Assembly: GCA_024687185.1 (NCBI GenBank) | Contig: JAILEX010000029.1 | Coordinates: 1-51,414, forward strand | Length of the DNA stretch: 51,414 nucleotides | Source: Bacilli bacterium | GTDB lineage: Bacteria; Bacillota_I; Bacilli_A; RFN20; CAG-826 | Reading direction: 5' to 3' | Part shown: piece by piece, positions 48,868 to 51,414 of the stretch | Numbering within the stretch: the first letter of the stretch is position 1 | Layout: the number at the start of each line of letters is the position of its first letter | Program-made: the position numbers and the translations under genes | The notes under the pieces: model-generated | Database searches by the model: none | What the model saw: the letters and a program-made list of their open reading frames with translations, nothing else | Told to the model about the DNA's origin: nothing

Positions 48868-49924
48868 AAACGATTCGAAGAAGACCTCCGCTAATAGAAA
48901 AGGCCTTGTTGATCCAAAGCAAATCCAGGACTTTAAGGTCTACCGCAAAACAACGTTGCTCGAATTCCTCTTTTTCAAAATGCCAAACGTCCCCAAAAAG
49001 ACCGTGAAAAGCCTTTTGTCCCACCATCAAGTCGCGGTGGGCGGGGTACCCGTAAGCCAATTTGACTTCCCTTTGGTGGAAGAAGACGTAGTCACGATCA
49101 GCAAAAAGCCCATCGCAAAGCATGAACGCCACGACCTACCGATCATCTATGAGGACGAAGATATCATCGCCATCGACAAACCCACCAGGCTCCTTTCGGT
49201 CGCCAGCGATAGGGAAAGGGGCCATACGGCTTACCGAATGGTTTCGGATTACCTCCTTTCCAAAGACAAAAAGGGCAGGGCCTATATCGTCCATCGTTTA
49301 GACGAAGACACATCTGGTGTGCTTATCTTCGCCAAAAGCGAAGCGGTCAAAGACGCCCTTCAGAAAAGCTGGACCGACATCGTTTCCTATAGGGGCTATT
49401 ACGCTATCGTAGAAGGCGAGATGGAGCAAAAAGAGGCGACGTTACAGAACTATTTGGCCGAAAGTAGCGTTCATCTTGTCTATGTGAGCAAAAACAAAAA
49501 CTATGGCAAGAAAGCCATCACCAACTATAAGCTCATCCAGTACAAAGACCCGTATTCGTTACTAGATATCAACATCGAAACGGGTAGGAAGAACCAAATC
49601 CGCGTCCAGCTTGGCAACATCGGCCACCACGTCATCGGAGACGATAAATATGGCGAGCCCTCCGATCCTTTGAAACGCCTTGGATTGCATGCCTATCGCC
49701 TAACTTTCGTTAACCCCCTAAACAAAAAGCAATATGACCTAGTTTCCCCTATGCCCAAGGAATTCAAAAAGCTCATGTTTGGCGAGAAGAAGCTAACCAA
49801 AGAACAAAAGGCCGATAGGGAGAAGCAAGAAAGGAAGCTGACTAGGGACACCAGGACCGCCACCAAGATCAAAAAAGCCCAGAGCAGCTTCAAGAACTAC
49901 CGCAGGAGAAATAGCGGAAGATAA
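48860..49924 (+). CDS. RluA-family pseudouridine synthase
   Basis: IIYED, VHRLDEDTSG (catalytic Asp), TGRKNQIR, LGLHA. Confidence 0.93.
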   Translation: MNRNDSKKTSANRKGLVDPKQIQDFKVYRKTTLLEFLFFKMPNVPKKTVKSLLSHHQVAVGGVPVSQFDFPLVEEDVVTISKKPIAKHERHDLPIIYEDEDIIAIDKPTRLLSVASDRERGHTAYRMVSDYLLSKDKKGRAYIVHRLDEDTSGVLIFAKSEAVKDALQKSWTDIVSYRGYYAIVEGEMEQKEATLQNYLAESSVHLVYVSKNKNYGKKAITNYKLIQYKDPYSLLDINIETGRKNQIRVQLGNIGHHVIGDDKYGEPSDPLKRLGLHAYRLTFVNPLNKKQYDLVSPMPKEFKKLMFGEKKLTKEQKADREKQERKLTRDTRTATKIKKAQSSFKNYRRRNSGR

Positions 49925-49926
49925 TT

Positions 49927-51414
49927 ATGAGCAAAGGCGGTTATTGGCTATCAAAACTTTTGGAGTCATTCCTCTCCACGGCCCCGATTGCCGCGGTCAT
50001 CATCGTTTTCTATTTGCTCCAAAAGTATGCCTTCCCCTCCCAATTCGCCGACAAATACCTAATCTCCCAAGTCGAATTCTTCACCTTTATCTTCGCCGCT
50101 TTGTCCATTGTCATCGGCATGGGCCTATTCAACGTGGGAACCGAACAATCCATGACCGAGATCGGTAGGATCATCGGCAGTTCCTTGATGAAGAAGAAAA
50201 ACCTGTTCTTCGTTTTGACGATGACCTTCCTTCTAGGCGTTCTTGTCACCGTCGCCGAGCCCGACCTATCGGTTTTGTCGAACCAAATCGGGGTCAATAA
50301 GATCGTCATCATCCTTTCCATTGGCTTAGGCGTTGGTTTGTTCCTGGTCATCGGTGTCTCAAGGACCTTTTCAAAGAAGAACCTAAACATGCTCTTTTTG
50401 GCCTTCTATGGCCTTACCTTCATGCTCATCTACCTCATCAACCCGCGCTTCTTGCCCGTGTGTTTTGATGCGGGTGGCGTCACTACGGGCCCGGTCACCG
50501 TACCGTTCCTATTGGGCTTTGGCCTAGGTTTGGCGGCGTCTCATGGTGGTAAAAACAGCGAAGACGCCTTCGGTTTGACGGCATTATGTTCGGTTGGGCC
50601 GATCATCGCTGTCGTCATCATTTCCTGGATTATGGAATTAACGGGCTCCCATCTACCGGAAGAATACGTCATGCCCGTATTTTCCGGAGACGTGATACAC
50701 GAAATAACCTCCAGCGTCGCCGGTTCTTGCGTCTCCGTTGGCATATCGGTAGGCCCCATATTGGCTTTCTTCCTCGTTTACGAGCTTATCTTCGTCCGCG
50801 TTCCTTGGAAGACCGTCGTCAGGATTATCCTAGGAATGTTTATCACCTACGCCGGTTTGGTCCTCTTCCTATCCGCCGTCGAATATGGCTTCATGCCCAT
50901 TGCGAGCAAGGTCGGCCAAGGCTTTGGCAGCGACGCGAAGTTCTTACCCATCGCAATATGCATGGGCCTACTTTTTGGCGTATTCGGCGTATTGGCCGAA
51001 CCCGCGGTCCATGTCTTGGTCCAACAGATCGAAGACGTCACCGAAGGCACCATCAAGAAAAAGACCGTTTTGTTTATTTTGGCGGGCGCAATCGGGGTAG
51101 CCGTAGTGATGGCCATCGTCCGTTCCTATTTCGAATTCGATATCGTGTATTACCTAATTCCCGGTTATATCATCGCCTTTGCCCTGTCTTTCTTTGTCCG
51201 TCCCATCTATACGGCCATGGCCTTTGATTCGGGCGGCGTCGCTTCGGGTCCTATGACCTCGACCTTTGTTTTGCCTTTCTGCATAGGCTTTGCCTATTCG
51301 CAGGGGAAAGACGTCTATCTCTATGGTTTTGGCTTGGTCGCTTTGGTGGCCATGATGCCTTTGATAGTTTTGCAGGCCCTAGGCTTAGTTAGTGGCGTTA
51401 AGCAAAGCTTGGCA
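49927..51414 (+). CDS. DUF1538 family membrane protein (tandem domains; 3' end runs off the window)
   Basis: Open frame from ATG 49927 to the edge with VAEPDL, FDAGGVTTGPVTVPF, LAEPAVHVL and AFDSGGVASGPMT. Confidence 0.85.
   Translation, partial: MSKGGYWLSKLLESFLSTAPIAAVIIVFYLLQKYAFPSQFADKYLISQVEFFTFIFAALSIVIGMGLFNVGTEQSMTEIGRIIGSSLMKKKNLFFVLTMTFLLGVLVTVAEPDLSVLSNQIGVNKIVIILSIGLGVGLFLVIGVSRTFSKKNLNMLFLAFYGLTFMLIYLINPRFLPVCFDAGGVTTGPVTVPFLLGFGLGLAASHGGKNSEDAFGLTALCSVGPIIAVVIISWIMELTGSHLPEEYVMPVFSGDVIHEITSSVAGSCVSVGISVGPILAFFLVYELIFVRVPWKTVVRIILGMFITYAGLVLFLSAVEYGFMPIASKVGQGFGSDAKFLPIAICMGLLFGVFGVLAEPAVHVLVQQIEDVTEGTIKKKTVLFILAGAIGVAVVMAIVRSYFEFDIVYYLIPGYIIAFALSFFVRPIYTAMAFDSGGVASGPMTSTFVLPFCIGFAYSQGKDVYLYGFGLVALVAMMPLIVLQALGLVSGVKQSLA

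Overview
Chromosomal replication-origin region of a Bacillota genome. Gene content and order suggest an uncultured Bacilli lineage of the RF39/RFN20/Erysipelotrichales type (inference); it uses genetic code 11. The left arm (- strand) carries dnaA-dnaN-yaaA-recF-gyrB-gyrA-glycosyltransferase-serS, a two-ORF 2-hydroxyacyl-CoA dehydratase/activase, an unannotated small SRP RNA, tadA, a P-type ATPase/TetR pair and a degenerate site-2-protease-like gene. The right arm (+ strand) carries rpmH-rnpA-yidC-jag-mnmE-tatD-rnmV-rsmA-ispE-glmU, then accessory genes, a CIRCE-controlled hsp20, copA-copZ-csoR, several hydrolases, an RluA-family gene and a DUF1538 gene. The standout is a tightly coupled four-gene operon at 32569-36527 (-): a ClpP homologue with all three catalytic residues lost (ClpR-like), an intact ClpP lacking its N-terminal gate, a SEL1-repeat protein ending in an IGF-like 'KGFGF' tail, and a VirD4/TraG-type ATPase with no membrane anchor and no other conjugation gene nearby. 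It is flanked by a divergent Cro/XRE-type regulator and a large PIN-domain protein. This may be an undescribed ATPase-protease machine or conflict/defence system. All calls come from reading motifs by eye; no database searches were run.
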